Assembly (NCBI GenBank): GCA_964532415.1
Contig: CAZHHN010000003.1
Coordinates: 3,777 to 67,776 of the forward strand
Direction: 5' to 3'
DNA: 64,000 bases
Source of the DNA: an uncultured Gammaproteobacteria bacterium
GTDB taxonomy: Bacteria; Patescibacteriota; Patescibacteriia; SG8-24; DYFX01
The translations under genes and the position numbers were made by a program. The notes beneath the pieces are model-generated. The model was not told where the DNA came from, made no database searches, and worked only from the letters and a program-made list of their open reading frames with translations. Of this stretch, positions 46,859 to 58,700 are shown one piece after another (position 1 is the first letter of the stretch; the number at the start of each line of letters is the position of its first letter).

Positions 46859-47227
46859 TCACGTGAACGCGGAAAAGACGTGCGGCCAGAACACCAAGAT
46901 GCCCACGATGGCGGCGCCGACGGAACTGACCAAGACCGCGGCGGCCATCATGTCCTTGATCTGCTCCGCGTAGGCATGCATGCGCGGCTTGAAGAGATCG
47001 ACCAGCCGCTCGACCGCGCCGTTTAGCAATTCTAGCACGAGCGTGAAGGCCGCGACAACGACAAGAAGCGCCGTTTCGCCGCGTGACAGGCGGAAGACGG
47101 CGATCAGGACCGCGAGCAGCGCCGCGGCCATGAGCTGGATACGAAAACTCTGCTCCTCGCGGGCCAGCGTGGCGATGCCGTTCCAGGCGAAGCGCAGGCT
47201 GCGGAAAAAACGGCGGATATCAAGCAT
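46859..47227 (-). CDS. dgkA: diacylglycerol kinase (DgkA family)
   Basis: 121 aa, 3 TM. Conserved EExxxR / AAxxLV..E..NxAxE-like motifs (LLNGAVERLVDL). Confidence 0.7.
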   Translation of the reverse strand: MLDIRRFFRSLRFAWNGIATLAREEQSFRIQLMAAALLAVLIAVFRLSRGETALLVVVAAFTLVLELLNGAVERLVDLFKPRMHAYAEQIKDMMAAAVLVSSVGAAIVGILVFWPHVFSAFT

Positions 47228-47663
47228 AGCCGAGCCGTTTCAAGACGCGGGACTGGAGCGCGAACATCGCCTTTTCCTCCCGCGGAGAGACATGATCGTA
47301 GCCGAGCAGATGAAGCGTGCCATGGACGAGCATCAGGGCGATCTCGCGACGGACGGGCTTGGCGGCCGCCTTGGCCTGACGGGTCACCTGTGGCATCGAG
47401 ATTACGAGATCCCCCAGAAGGTTCGGACTCTCATCGCCCACCCAGACGCCGTCGTTGCCGAACGACAGGACGTCCGTCGTTGCAGGCTTGCCGCGCCAGG
47501 CGGCGTTCAGACGCGTCATTTCGGCGTCGCCGACGAAGACGACACCGACTTCTTCGACGCTGTGCACCTTTACGGCCCTCAGCGTCGCCACAACGACGCG
47601 CTTTACCCACGCATCGCCGACCGGCGCCTCGACGCGGCGGACGACGGATACGCCGGTGTTCAT
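47220..47663 (-). CDS. ybeY: rRNA maturation endoribonuclease YbeY
   Basis: HGTLHLLGYDH metal-binding motif. Confidence 0.9.
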   Translation of the reverse strand: MNTGVSVVRRVEAPVGDAWVKRVVVATLRAVKVHSVEEVGVVFVGDAEMTRLNAAWRGKPATTDVLSFGNDGVWVGDESPNLLGDLVISMPQVTRQAKAAAKPVRREIALMLVHGTLHLLGYDHVSPREEKAMFALQSRVLKRLGYA

Positions 47664-48607
47664 GGCTTTGCGCCAAAGCTGTTCAGGACCATCGTGAAGG
47701 TTGTGGAGAACAGCGTTTTATAGGTGGGATTGGCCTGAAGCTGCGGTCCGATCGCGATCACATACATCTTTCCGCCCAACGGAATATCGGCGGACAGGCC
47801 GTCTTGGGCAAGAACGCCTTCCAAGCCGGATTTGGTCATGAAGGTTTGGATCGGCAGGCCCGCAAGCTGGGAATGGCCGCTGAGATAGAAGTCGGAAGCG
47901 GACTTCCCTCCCGGGTTATCCTGTACCTGCACCGACAGCACCTCCTGGCCCTGGTTCGAGACGAACGCCGTCTGCCCGGGCAGCTGCGTCCATTGGGTCG
48001 GGATCAGGATCTGCCACTGTCCATCGGCCGGACTGAACGTTTTGACCAAGCCGGCTTCGACCAGTTTGGTGGGTTTGAAGCCGGCTGGGTTGTAGAGATT
48101 CGTGACTTCGAGCGCATCCGAATAGCCGTCGGAGTCGGAGTCGGCGATGGACGGCGAAGTGCCGTAGAGCGCTTCCTCGGCGTTCGTCAGGCCGTCGGCA
48201 TCGTTATCGGCTTCCGGTCCCGGGGTCGGAGGCGTCTCGGTTGTCGTCGTGGCCGATGCCGGTTCGGGCACGGAGCCCGGTGCAGACGGCGGTGCTTCGG
48301 GCTGCGGCGCAGGCAATGTCACGGACGGGGCAGGAGGCACGGGCGTGGTTTTCGGCAGCAGGAAACGCCAGGCGATGAAGCCAAGGCCGACCAAAAGCAG
48401 CAGCGCGAAGACGGGGATCAGCAGCCATTTCCTGCTTTGGGCGGTTTGCGGATGCGGAGCCGGTCCGGCCACAGCGGACACGGGCGGCGATCCTTCCTTC
48501 GGGAGATTCGCCCGCGCCGCCAAGCCGTAAAACTGCTCGGGGATCGTGTAGATCACCGGCTCCTGCGTTTTGATCGGCGCGGTCGTTTGTACGGGCTGTT
48601 CCGACAT
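47660..48607 (-). CDS. bitopic membrane protein with thrombospondin type-3-like Ca-binding repeats (paralog 1 of 3)
   Basis: N-terminal TM (WLLIPVFALLLLVGLGFIAW). Pro-rich linker. DNDADGLTNAEE / DSDSDGYSD motifs. C-terminal beta-rich domain. Confidence 0.6.
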   Translation of the reverse strand: MSEQPVQTTAPIKTQEPVIYTIPEQFYGLAARANLPKEGSPPVSAVAGPAPHPQTAQSRKWLLIPVFALLLLVGLGFIAWRFLLPKTTPVPPAPSVTLPAPQPEAPPSAPGSVPEPASATTTTETPPTPGPEADNDADGLTNAEEALYGTSPSIADSDSDGYSDALEVTNLYNPAGFKPTKLVEAGLVKTFSPADGQWQILIPTQWTQLPGQTAFVSNQGQEVLSVQVQDNPGGKSASDFYLSGHSQLAGLPIQTFMTKSGLEGVLAQDGLSADIPLGGKMYVIAIGPQLQANPTYKTLFSTTFTMVLNSFGAKP

Positions 48608-48621
48608 GCAGCAATCGTGAT

Positions 48622-49266
48622 TTATGGATTCGTGGGAAGTTGGAGCAGTTTGCCCGGTCCATTGGGATTGTAGCCGTTCTTGACTTCGTCCCCATCCTTG
48701 AAAGAATCGCCGTCGGTGTCGGCACGCAGAGGATCGGTCTTGTAGACTTCGACTTCCTCCCGGTCGGTCAGGCCGTCACCGTCGGTGTCGACTTTGGTGG
48801 GGTCGGTTCCGGCAGAAATTTCCTGCGCTTCAGTCAGACCGTCACCATCCCTATCCTCATCGGCTCCTATGGTGGGACCGCCTCCACCGCGATCGGCACC
48901 GGAATCATCCGTGGTCGATGGCACGACCGGCGTGGCAGGGGCGACGGGTTCGGTGGGAACCTGCGGCTGGGGCGTTTCGGGCGTCGACGTGGCGGCAGGG
49001 ACGGGAGCGACCGAGCCCTTGGCACGGAAAAAGAGGAGATACGCCGCCGTACCGGCGCCTCCCACGAACAGGACGATCAACAGGATGAAGACCCATTTCT
49101 TCCCGAACGGCGCCCGTTCGAGAATGACCCCCGATTCCCCGACTGGCAGCGGCGTCGTGCCGGCCGTCGGAGAAACAGGAGAAGAAGGCGCTCCGGGCGC
49201 TTTTTCGGACGGAATCTCAGCGAAGATGTCGGCCGGCTCGTTTTTGTCGTCGAAGAGGAAAATCAT
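48622..49266 (-). CDS. bitopic membrane protein with TSP3-like Ca-binding repeats (paralog 2 of 3)
   Basis: TM (WVFILLIVLFVGGAG). DEDRDGDGLTEAQE, DTDGDGLTDREE, DTDGDSFKDGDE motifs. Confidence 0.6.
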   Translation of the reverse strand: MIFLFDDKNEPADIFAEIPSEKAPGAPSSPVSPTAGTTPLPVGESGVILERAPFGKKWVFILLIVLFVGGAGTAAYLLFFRAKGSVAPVPAATSTPETPQPQVPTEPVAPATPVVPSTTDDSGADRGGGGPTIGADEDRDGDGLTEAQEISAGTDPTKVDTDGDGLTDREEVEVYKTDPLRADTDGDSFKDGDEVKNGYNPNGPGKLLQLPTNP

Positions 49267-49709
49267 AGATTGAACTTTTCATGACCCTCGATAGTCGCGG
49301 GCGTGCTGGCTTTATTCTTCGGATCTGAACCGTATTTCAGGACTTCGTCGCCGTCGCTATAGCCGTCCCCGTCCGTGTCTTTTTTGTCGGGATCGGTTCG
49401 GTAGACCGTCTCGGCGGCATCCGTGAGGCCATCGCCGTCCCGATCCTTGCCTTTGGTAAAGTCCGGCGTCGCGTTTTTGACGCCGCTCACGCCGGAGGGC
49501 GGCGGCGTCGTCTCACCTTTCCCGCCGGTTCCCGCACGCGTGGTGGAAGTTCCGGTGGCGCTGGTCGCAGTCGGCGGTGGAGCGTTACCCGATTCAGGCG
49601 ATGGAAAAGCGAAGCGGGCACGCCAGGCAAGGATGGCGACAAGGATCAATCCTACCAGAACCGCGCCGATGCTTCCAGCGATAACGAGTTGTTTGAAGCG
49701 CTGGTCCAT
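49263..49709 (-). CDS. bitopic membrane protein with TSP3-like Ca-binding repeats (paralog 3 of 3)
   Basis: TM (LVIAGSIGAVLVGLILVAIL). DRDGDGLTDAAE, DTDGDGYSDGDE motifs. Confidence 0.6.
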   Translation of the reverse strand: MDQRFKQLVIAGSIGAVLVGLILVAILAWRARFAFPSPESGNAPPPTATSATGTSTTRAGTGGKGETTPPPSGVSGVKNATPDFTKGKDRDGDGLTDAAETVYRTDPDKKDTDGDGYSDGDEVLKYGSDPKNKASTPATIEGHEKFNL

Positions 49710-49712
49710 AGG

Positions 49713-52700
49713 CTAGGGCGAGATGGGGGTGAAGGTATTGACGTTCACGATCGTCGGAGCCGCGTCCGCACCGCCGTAGAAGTCGAAGACATGCCAATAC
49801 GCATTGTTGCCGTTTGATCCGGCCGTGAAGGTCCGGCCGCAGTCGGCGTTGTTCGGTTTGGTGGCATCGTACGTGCAAATCGTGACCTTCGTACCGACCA
49901 TGCCGCTCACGCCACTGCTGAATTGATGGACGAAGAACTTGTACGGGTCGCCGGCGCTGCTCGGCCAGTACGCTCCATCGGTGCGCCAGTTGATCGTCAT
50001 GATTTCAAGGCCGTACGGGACCGGGAAGCCGTCACGCCCCGAGTTGTCGCCCAGCTGGGCATTCGTATCATCCCACGACAGCCAGACATGCGGATCCTGG
50101 GTGGCGGAACCCTTGTTGAGATAATAGATTTGCTGACTTGAACCGTAGACCGGCAGTTTGACGTGCGCATCGATATCCCGCGTGTCCGGCGGATTCTTCC
50201 AGGCAATGCGGATGCGCACGTCGCCGGGACTGAGCGGGCCGTCCGAACAGCCACCGCCGTAAAGCGTACAGCTCTTGGCGCAGGCGACCGCACCGGCCGT
50301 GCCCCAACCCATGCTGGTGCAGGATGGCGCGCCGCCGTTGCCGGTGTCCGCTGTGTAATCAGACCCGTCGCAAGCTTCGACTGTGCCGCCCTGCATGATG
50401 CCATCGCCGCAGTAGCCGCTGGCGGCGTCGTACGAACAGTCGCCGGAGCAGCCGTAATACGATCCGCTGCCGGACGGACCGGTGGCATTGGGATCGCCGA
50501 CGACTTCGCACTGCTCGCCGAACTGCGGCTGGACGGTTTTGTCGCCGCAATAATTCGGGCTCTTATTGGTCAGGCCAACGCAGGCATTCGAACAGGACGT
50601 GCAGCTGCCGTCGAAATAATGTGCCGAACCCGGAGCGCCCTGGGTGTCGCTGTACGGTTCCGGCCGGCACTGAATATTGTAGGAGAGGCACTGTCCTTCC
50701 CCGCCCTGGCAAAACTGCGACGCGGTGCAATCCGAAGAGCTGTGACAGGGCGTGGCGGTCACGACCCCGCCGACATACTCGCGGCAGACGCCCGGCAGGC
50801 AGTCGGAGTTGGAAGCGCAGCTCTTCACATGGCTGCTGTCGTTCGGATTCGTGTACGTGCGGCTGCACCACGACGAGACCGGACCCGGATCGCAGCTTTC
50901 GGGAGGCGACTGGACGGTCTTGTCGCCGCAGAAGGCGCCGGACACGGTTTCGATCGAGCAATCGGTTTTGCAGTAGTTGCAGGTCAGGCCGTACTGGGGC
51001 GAGCAGCGTACGCCGTCGGCAGCCCCGTTGTCGCACTGTTCGACACCGGGCAGAAGGAAGCCGTCATTGCAGACATTCTTCCTGCAGGTCGTCAGACAGG
51101 CACCGGTCGTCGAATTGGCGGTGCCGTTGTCGCATTCTTCCGATCCTTCAACCTTGCCGTTGCCGCAGGCTCCCGAAGGCTTGCAGGCGGACCAGGCATC
51201 GAAGGTACAGGCCTGCCCAGCCGGGGCGGTGGCCGGGAAACAGCCCTTGATGCGCGTCTGCGGCAAGCCGCCCGTCGCGACGGCGCAGAGCGCGCAGGTC
51301 ATGCCGGAACCGCAATCCGAATTTTTCGCGCAGGACTGTGTGGCGCCGGCGATGGTCGCGGAATCGGCCAGGGTCGAGCCCGAAGGCACGCAAACGCCCG
51401 GAGCGTCCTGACGATCGCCGTCGCAGGCTTCGGCACCGTTCACGAGGTTGTCGCCGCAGCGCGGTCCCGCTCCGCGGCAATCCCAGGCGCAGAAACCGTA
51501 TTCGCCGTTCCTGGCGCCGTCATCGCAAAGTTCGGGTCCGTTCTTCACGCCGTCGCCGCAGAAATTCATGCGGTCGGTGCAGACGGACAACGCGCCGAAA
51601 CCGGCGCAATCGGCGTTGGTGCTGCAGATCGGACCGAGGTCGCAGCTGCCGTCGGCGCAATTGCCGTCGAAGCTGGCGCGCGGCGTCGTGTTGACGCAGC
51701 GTGCGACACAGCCATAACTGCCGCTCCGGCAGCGTCCATACTGGCCGGTCTGGGAACCGTCATCGCAGGTTTCGCCGGCGTAGCTTTCAAGCGCGCCGTT
51801 GCCGCAGGCCGCCGCCCCGGGACAGGCCTGCACGACTTCCCATTGACAGGAAGAACCGCAGCGTTCCCCGTCCTGACCGCCCGATGCGCAGGCGACATTG
51901 TGCTCCTGGCCGATTTCGCAGGTTTCGCCGCTTTCGATCAGGCCGTTACCGCAGGCCGGCGATGCGGCCGGACCGACGAGCGGAACGCCCGCGGGGACGC
52001 ATTGATCCCTGACGCCGCAGTGGGCCGAATCGGTGCAGGCCGCTCCGGTCGCCAGGCATTTGTCGGTTCCGTCGGTGAACAGTCCGGCACAGACCGGCGT
52101 GACGCTGACGCGGGTCTGGCAGACGCCGGAAACGGGTCCGTTCGGCAACCACGAGCAGCCGATGCCGGTCCGGCAGGAGGCTTCGCTCGTGCGCGCGGCA
52201 CAGCTGGAACCGAGCCAGGAATACGCGGTGTATTCGAGATCGACCGACAGGCGGTAATCGACGCCGCCGAGCGAACGGTACTGATACACATGGGAGGCGG
52301 CCGGGCAGGCGAAAACGCCGGCACGGTCGTCGTAGCAGGTTTCGGCCTCAAACTTCGTTCGGCAGACGTCTCCCGATCCGTTGCAATCGGTGTCGGAAGC
52401 GCAGACCTTGCCGCTCAGGCTGCATTCGGAACCGAAGGCGTCGCAGCGGTTGAACGCGTTGAGCGGATCGACGATCATTCCAGCCGGCCCGAGCTGCTGA
52501 CTCCACGACGGCCATTTTGAGGTCGAGAAGCCGCGCACGAACGTTCCCGACTCGAGCTTCGGATAGAAACCGGTGCTGTCGTGAATGGTTTCGAGCGCCT
52601 GGGCGATGCCGCGGACGTCCTGCCAGCGATGCAGGTCGCGCCGGATTTTGTCTTTGTCGGCATCGCAGTGCAGCCCGGTCGGCGGAGCGGCGAAGGTATG

Positions 52701-55700
52701 GAAGCAGTCGAGGTCGCTACTGCAGGCCGCCAGCGCGTTCTTTCCCGCGAGCATCAACACGGCGCCCGTTCCGTCCTTGCAGACGCCAACCGCCTGGTCG
52801 GAAGCGGCCAGATTGGTATTGAAACGCACGTTCTTGATCAGGCGATTGAAGATTTCAGCAGTACGCGCGTCAGCCTTGTCGTTGAATGCGAAGACGTAGA
52901 CGTACGACTGCAACCCCGGGTCGCCGTATTTATCGGCGGCCGTCACGTAGACAGTGCGTTCATCCTTGATGGCGGCATACCCGTCGACCGTCGCGGCCTG
53001 GATCGATCCGGAAAAGTGCTGCGCCTGGAACCAGTCGGCGGGCGCCAGGCGTTCGGGGTTGGCGTAGACGCGCACGCCGATCGCATCGCTCAGTTTTTCT
53101 TCCGGAGCGAACTGGAAGAACAGGTCTTTCGAGAGGCAGCCGTCGCCGGCGCGGCAGTCAGCCGAAGTGAAGCAGGCCTTGGGCTGGCTGCCGTCGAGCG
53201 TGGCGGCGCAGAAGCGCAGCAGGTTTCCGCCCGGACCGGACTGTCCCTGAACCGGCAGCGCCTGCAGTTCCGGCAGCGGTGCCTTATCGTTGTCGCGGCA
53301 ATAGAAGAATTCGAAATGCGTGGACGGATCGACATACGGCGCCCAGGCGCCCGTGACCGTATCGCGCTCCGGCCAGGGCCGTTCGCACAGCAGGATCGTG
53401 AGATCGGAGCGCCCGGTCTTTTGATGCCCGACCGTCGATGGCGAAAATTGCGTATCGGCCGTGATGGTGGCGATCGCCAATACCTGTTCTGTCCCGTTCT
53501 GCCCTTTGTTGGCCTGCACGCTGGCGGACGGGGTGTTCGAAGCCGTCAGCGTCAGCAGCGAACCGGGTGGCGTCGCTTCCGGCACGGTCGACCAGTTCCA
53601 GCTCCAGTCGTAGACCCCCGGCAACGGGGCGATCGGCTCGAGTTGACCGGCGCGGTTGGTCATGGGCGTGGCGACGATCGTGAGCGGCGTGGCGGAATCC
53701 TGAATAAGATCGGCGGCCGGATTCATCTGCACCGTATCGAAGCTGCAGATGTCATTGCCGGTGCTGAATTCCTGGATGAAATCTGGCCCGGCCGGATACC
53801 CCACACCCTTCACGCTCTTGACGCCGCCCGGCCCGACCTTGACCGTCACGCGATATTTCCGCTTGGCATCGAACGCCTGCCTGGGAGTGAAGACCGAAGT
53901 CGTGCGGGCGCCGCCTGCCATCTGATCTTTCAGGTGCGTGAAATTCCCTTCGACCGGAGCGCAGGGACCGGCCGCCGTGGCCCGTCGTCCAATGAGCGAG
54001 CGCAGAAACTCTCCAGTCCGCGCCAACCAACTGGCTGGTCCGGATTTCACGGCCACCGCGCCACAGGCTTCGACAATCAGCCCACCTTGGAGCGAACCGG
54101 GCTCCATCTCTTCGCCGAAGGTCACGCTGATCTGGGCATTCCGGCATTCGTTGCCGCCTTTCGGCTGGATGTCCGGGGGGGCGGGGCGCGGGTAGCAGCA
54201 GGCGCCGGCGCCGCATGAGAGACTGAGGCCGGACGCCGCGCCGAAAGCCGCGCAATCGGCGTCCGTGCGGCAGGAACATTCGACACTGACGCCCGCCTGG
54301 CCGGAAACCGGACCGACGGCGGCAGCGACCGAGGCCGTGCAGCTGTTCTTCGCATCGCATTGATTCTGCGCCTCAAGCACCTGCGTTGCATCGATGTTCG
54401 CATCGAGCGTCAGCGCTTCGCATTCCTCTCCTCCCCCGTTCTGGACGCCGTTCAGCGGATCCATCGGCTTGACGGTCACGACGGTGTCGCCGCAGAAAGC
54501 GCGCAAAGCCGGATCGGAACCGGTCTTGGTGCACGCCGACGAGCAGCCCGAACCGGGCTGACCGTTGTCGGAACCGGCATCGCACCCTTCGCCTTTGCCG
54601 TAATCGATGACGCCGTTGCCGCAGCAAGAGCTGCCGGAGGCGCACGAGACATGATTGCCGCGCAGGAGACACGACGGGGAACAGGCGAAGCCGGGCTTGG
54701 TCGGGTTCTGCTCATCGCCCGGTCCGAACGTGATCGGCGCGTGATTCGGCAGAAGCAGGCGCGTCGCAAGGCCGCCGGCCCCCAGTTGATACTCGCATTC
54801 TTCTCCCAGCTCGAGCCTGCCGTTGCCGCAGACGTAGACATTCTGTCCCGAACCTTCGAGCAGGCAGCGGGAACCGCAGCCGTCGCCATCGGTCGTGTTG
54901 CCGTCATCACAGGCTTCGCCGACGCCGACCGATCCGTTGCCGCAGGCCGAAACGCCCGGCGTGGATCTGGAAAAAAGGCAGGCGGTCGTGCAGCCGGAAA
55001 CCGCTTTTCCATTGTCGGGCCCGGCATCGCATTCTTCGCCGCGGTCGGGTTGGACCGTGCCGTCGCCGCAACCGTTGGTCACGGTATTGCCGGTCCGCTG
55101 GCAATTCTGATTGCAGCCGTTCAATCCGGGCGTGTCGCAGGCTTCGCCGTGCTCGAGCACGCCGTTGCCGCAGGCCGGGGTACCCGCCGGCTTGCTGCCG
55201 GTCATGAGACAGGACGAGGAACAACCCGGCGGCAGGGCCGGATTCGTGTTGAGCAACGCTCCCGGAGGAACATCCGGCAGGAAATGGAAGGCGGAAGGGC
55301 TGGCCGGCGCCTGGGTGCGCGCCCATGACCAGTTGAAGCTGTCCGCGTTCAAGATCTGTCCACCGGCCGCACACTTGTCCGGCGAGCTGAGCGGCAGCGC
55401 CGAAACCGAAGCGACCTGCCCGATGTATCGGAGCGTCGTCTGTCCCGGCTGGACTGTCACCGTCTGCGGGCCGCAGGGATTGGCGCTGGTGCGGGTACGG
55501 AACGTCCAGCTGAAGGCCGTATCGTTATAGTTCAAACCGGTCAGCGGAGCCTGGCTGGTGCTGCGTGCCGTTCCGAAAATCACCGCGCGGTAATACGTGT
55601 CCGGCACCAGATCGGGGTTACCGAACGTCAGCAGGTTGCTCGACGGCTGATAAACGGGCGTGATCGGTACTTCCCCGTCGAAGGCCAGGCAGGACTCGTT

Positions 55701-58700
55701 GCGGCAACGGTACAATTTGACGTTCGCAAGCAGACTGTCGGCGCCGGAAACCGACATCGGAGTGTTGAAAGAAGCGAAGGCGACCGCGTTGATGCAGGCT
55801 TCGGTGCAATCATGCGGGCCATACCCCGTCACGCGGGGATTGGCGTAATCGATCGTCAGGTCGCCCTGATCGTTCTTGCCGTCAACGATGACGCGAATAT
55901 GGACCGGGGGACCCGGATCCGTTTCGGAGACCGGTGAGGCCAATGCCTGACAGTTGTCGCCGGCCGGCACCGTCCCGACGGTGGCCTTAGACATGTCGGA
56001 GGAGTTCCAATCGACGATCCGGCCGGCGCACGAAAGGATGATACAGCGGTCGGAAAGCGGGAAAGCCTGATACGGCTCCTGCTGATCGGCGGCGGAAATC
56101 AGGCCCTGAGCCGGATCGACATGCACGCCCGCCAGGACGCACGATCCCGCTCCGGTCTTGAACGTCGTGACATAGTCGCCGCCGGCACGGCCGTCGAAAT
56201 TCCCGTCGAGCGGCTGCGCGGCGAGATTCGCCACACGGAGGCTCTTGATCTGGTCTCTGAGCGTCAGCCGATACCACGTATTCGGCTGGAGACTGCCGAC
56301 GGGCAGCGTCATCAGGCTGTGATCCTGAGGATTGTACGGCACGATCGTCGGCGCGCCGGTTCCGGCCACGGCCGTGCAGTTCGCGGAGGCGGAAGCGCCG
56401 GTGCCGCAGGCTTCAAGCTTCACCGATCCGGCGTTGAACGTCGAGGAATCCATCGCCAGGCTGAAGCGCACGGCGATCGCCCCGGTGTCGGTACAGACGT
56501 TTTGCGCGCCCTTGTACGGGTTCGGGCTCGGCATCGAGGTCGGCGGCGAAAGCTGGCAGGTGGCATTTTCGATGACGACCGGGAAAACCGGAATCGGACC
56601 GGTCGAGAACTGCCAGGCAAAGCCTCCGGCGCCAACCGATCCGCCGCAGTTTGCACGGCAGGCGCCGTCGCCGCAGCAGGCGCGGCCACTTCCGCAGGCG
56701 GCGTCTCCCCCGTTCTGGCGACAGTCGCTCACGCGGAAACTCACCCCGTTCGAGGAGAGAGGCGCGGGACCGGAGAACGTTTTGATTGCGACCGGACCGG
56801 TCACGGCGGCATCGGGCACGGTGGCCGTGATGCCGGAGGCGCGCCACTGGCCGATCGAAGCGGCATTCTTACCGTCATGGAAGACGACCGCGTCGGGATG
56901 CTGCGCCGTGAAGGCCGGCAAATCGCCTGAAGCGATGTCGCCGAAGCCTTCACCGTAGAGCGATACGGCGGTGCCGGCCGGACCGTTGTCGGGATCGACG
57001 CGGCACAGACCGGGAGCGAGCGGCGAGGTGTCGGCGGCGAACGACTGCGCGTTCGACGTGCGTCCGTCCGAGCGCACGACCGTGACGGCATAGGTACCGA
57101 GCTGGATGGCGGTGTTGGCGGGCGTGGTAAAGCGGGCGGGCACTTTGACCGTCACGCTCGCGTCCGTCCAATAGCCGGCCGCGCACTGCGCCGGGAAACT
57201 GATGTCGCCGATCGCCTCGCCGGCGGCATTCTTGAAACGCACCGTTCCGCCCGCGCCGAAGTTGGCGCCGAAGACGGAAAGATAGGTGCCGACCGAACCG
57301 GACGTCGGCGTCACGAAATCGATGCGCGGATCGGTGCCGGCCGCCGGCGGCTCGACCCGCACACAGGCGGTATTCGATGGCTGGCCGCCGACCAAAACCC
57401 GCATCAGATATTCCGCGCCGTCGGCGCCGGTTTCCACATTGGGCACGACCGGCTGCAGACTGGTGTCGCCCCACGGCGAAACCTGAGGCGCATCGGCGGC
57501 CGACGACCAATCCTGCACCTGCGTGCAGTCGGCGGCGGAGTGCGCGAACTGCACGCGCGAATCGCCCTGGGCGGCGCCGAAGGCGTTGCCGGTGACGGTG
57601 AGCGACTGCCCGGTTTTGACGGAAACCGGAGAAACGCCGCAGATGCCCGGACGCGCCGTATCATTGATTTGGAAATCCGTGACGATCGGACCGAAGGCAT
57701 CGTTGGTGGCGTCTTTCTTGCCAGCGGAGGTGGTGACCTGGACCGGGCCGGTGGCGGCGCCGGCCGGCACGACGATCACGATGCGGCTGTCCGACCAGGC
57801 GCCGCCACAGGAAGCCAGAGCGGCGTCTTTTTCGTCGCCGGAGGCGGCCGCGCCGAGAAACGTCACCTTGCCGGGATTCGTGCCGAAATGCGTACCGGTG
57901 ACCGTGACGAGATTGCCGGGCTTGCCGTCGCGCAACTGGACGTCGACGATGCGCGGCGCCTCGACGCAGACGCCGTTCTGGCATTCGCCGGAGCTGCAAT
58001 CGGCGTTGTTCGTGCAGGTCGCGCCCGTGCAGGCCCCGCAGGAGCCGCCGCAGTCGACGCCGACTTCATCGCCGTCCTTCACGTGGTTAAAACAGGCGGC
58101 CGGGCGAACGGTCACGCGCACCGGCGCCGAAGACGCCACATCGCCGTCGATATTGGTGGCACGCGCCGTGAGCGTGACCGTTTTGACCGGCACGACGGGG
58201 GCGTTATCCCAAACCGCCTGACTCGAATAGGTATTGGCGGCGATCGGCTGCGCAGCGCCGTCGGCGGCGAAAAACGCGCCGTCGGCCGAATATTCGACGC
58301 TGGCGATGCCGTTCTTATCGCCGGCCACGGCCTGTAGCGCCACCAGGCTTCCGGCCGGGACGGAGGCGCCGTCCGATGGCGCGGTCAGGCTGACGGTCGG
58401 CGCCGCCGTGTCGACCGTTGCGCCGGTCCGGAAGGTCTGCGAACAGCTGGCGCCGATCCCGCAATTGACCGTACGGGGGTCGGTTGTCGAAGCGTTCTTC
58501 AGCCCAGAACGGACGGTGACCTGATAGTCTTGGTTCGGCTCAAGGCAGTGCCGGTCATCGTTCGGCGGCGGGCAGGTCTGCACCGGCTGGAGGCGGATGG
58601 TGGCGTTCTGGACGACGGGATCGTAATCGACCGGCGTCCGCGCAGAGCCGGCCACCTTTTCAAGCAGGAGGTTGGCTTTGATGTTGGCCGCGTCGTCGGT

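Noticed and set aside
50163-54218. 785-aa and 545-aa + strand ORFs
   Set aside because: Antisense to the 3179-aa Cys-rich gene. Ala/Arg/Gly-rich, no motifs. The minus-strand frame encodes coherent domain repeats.
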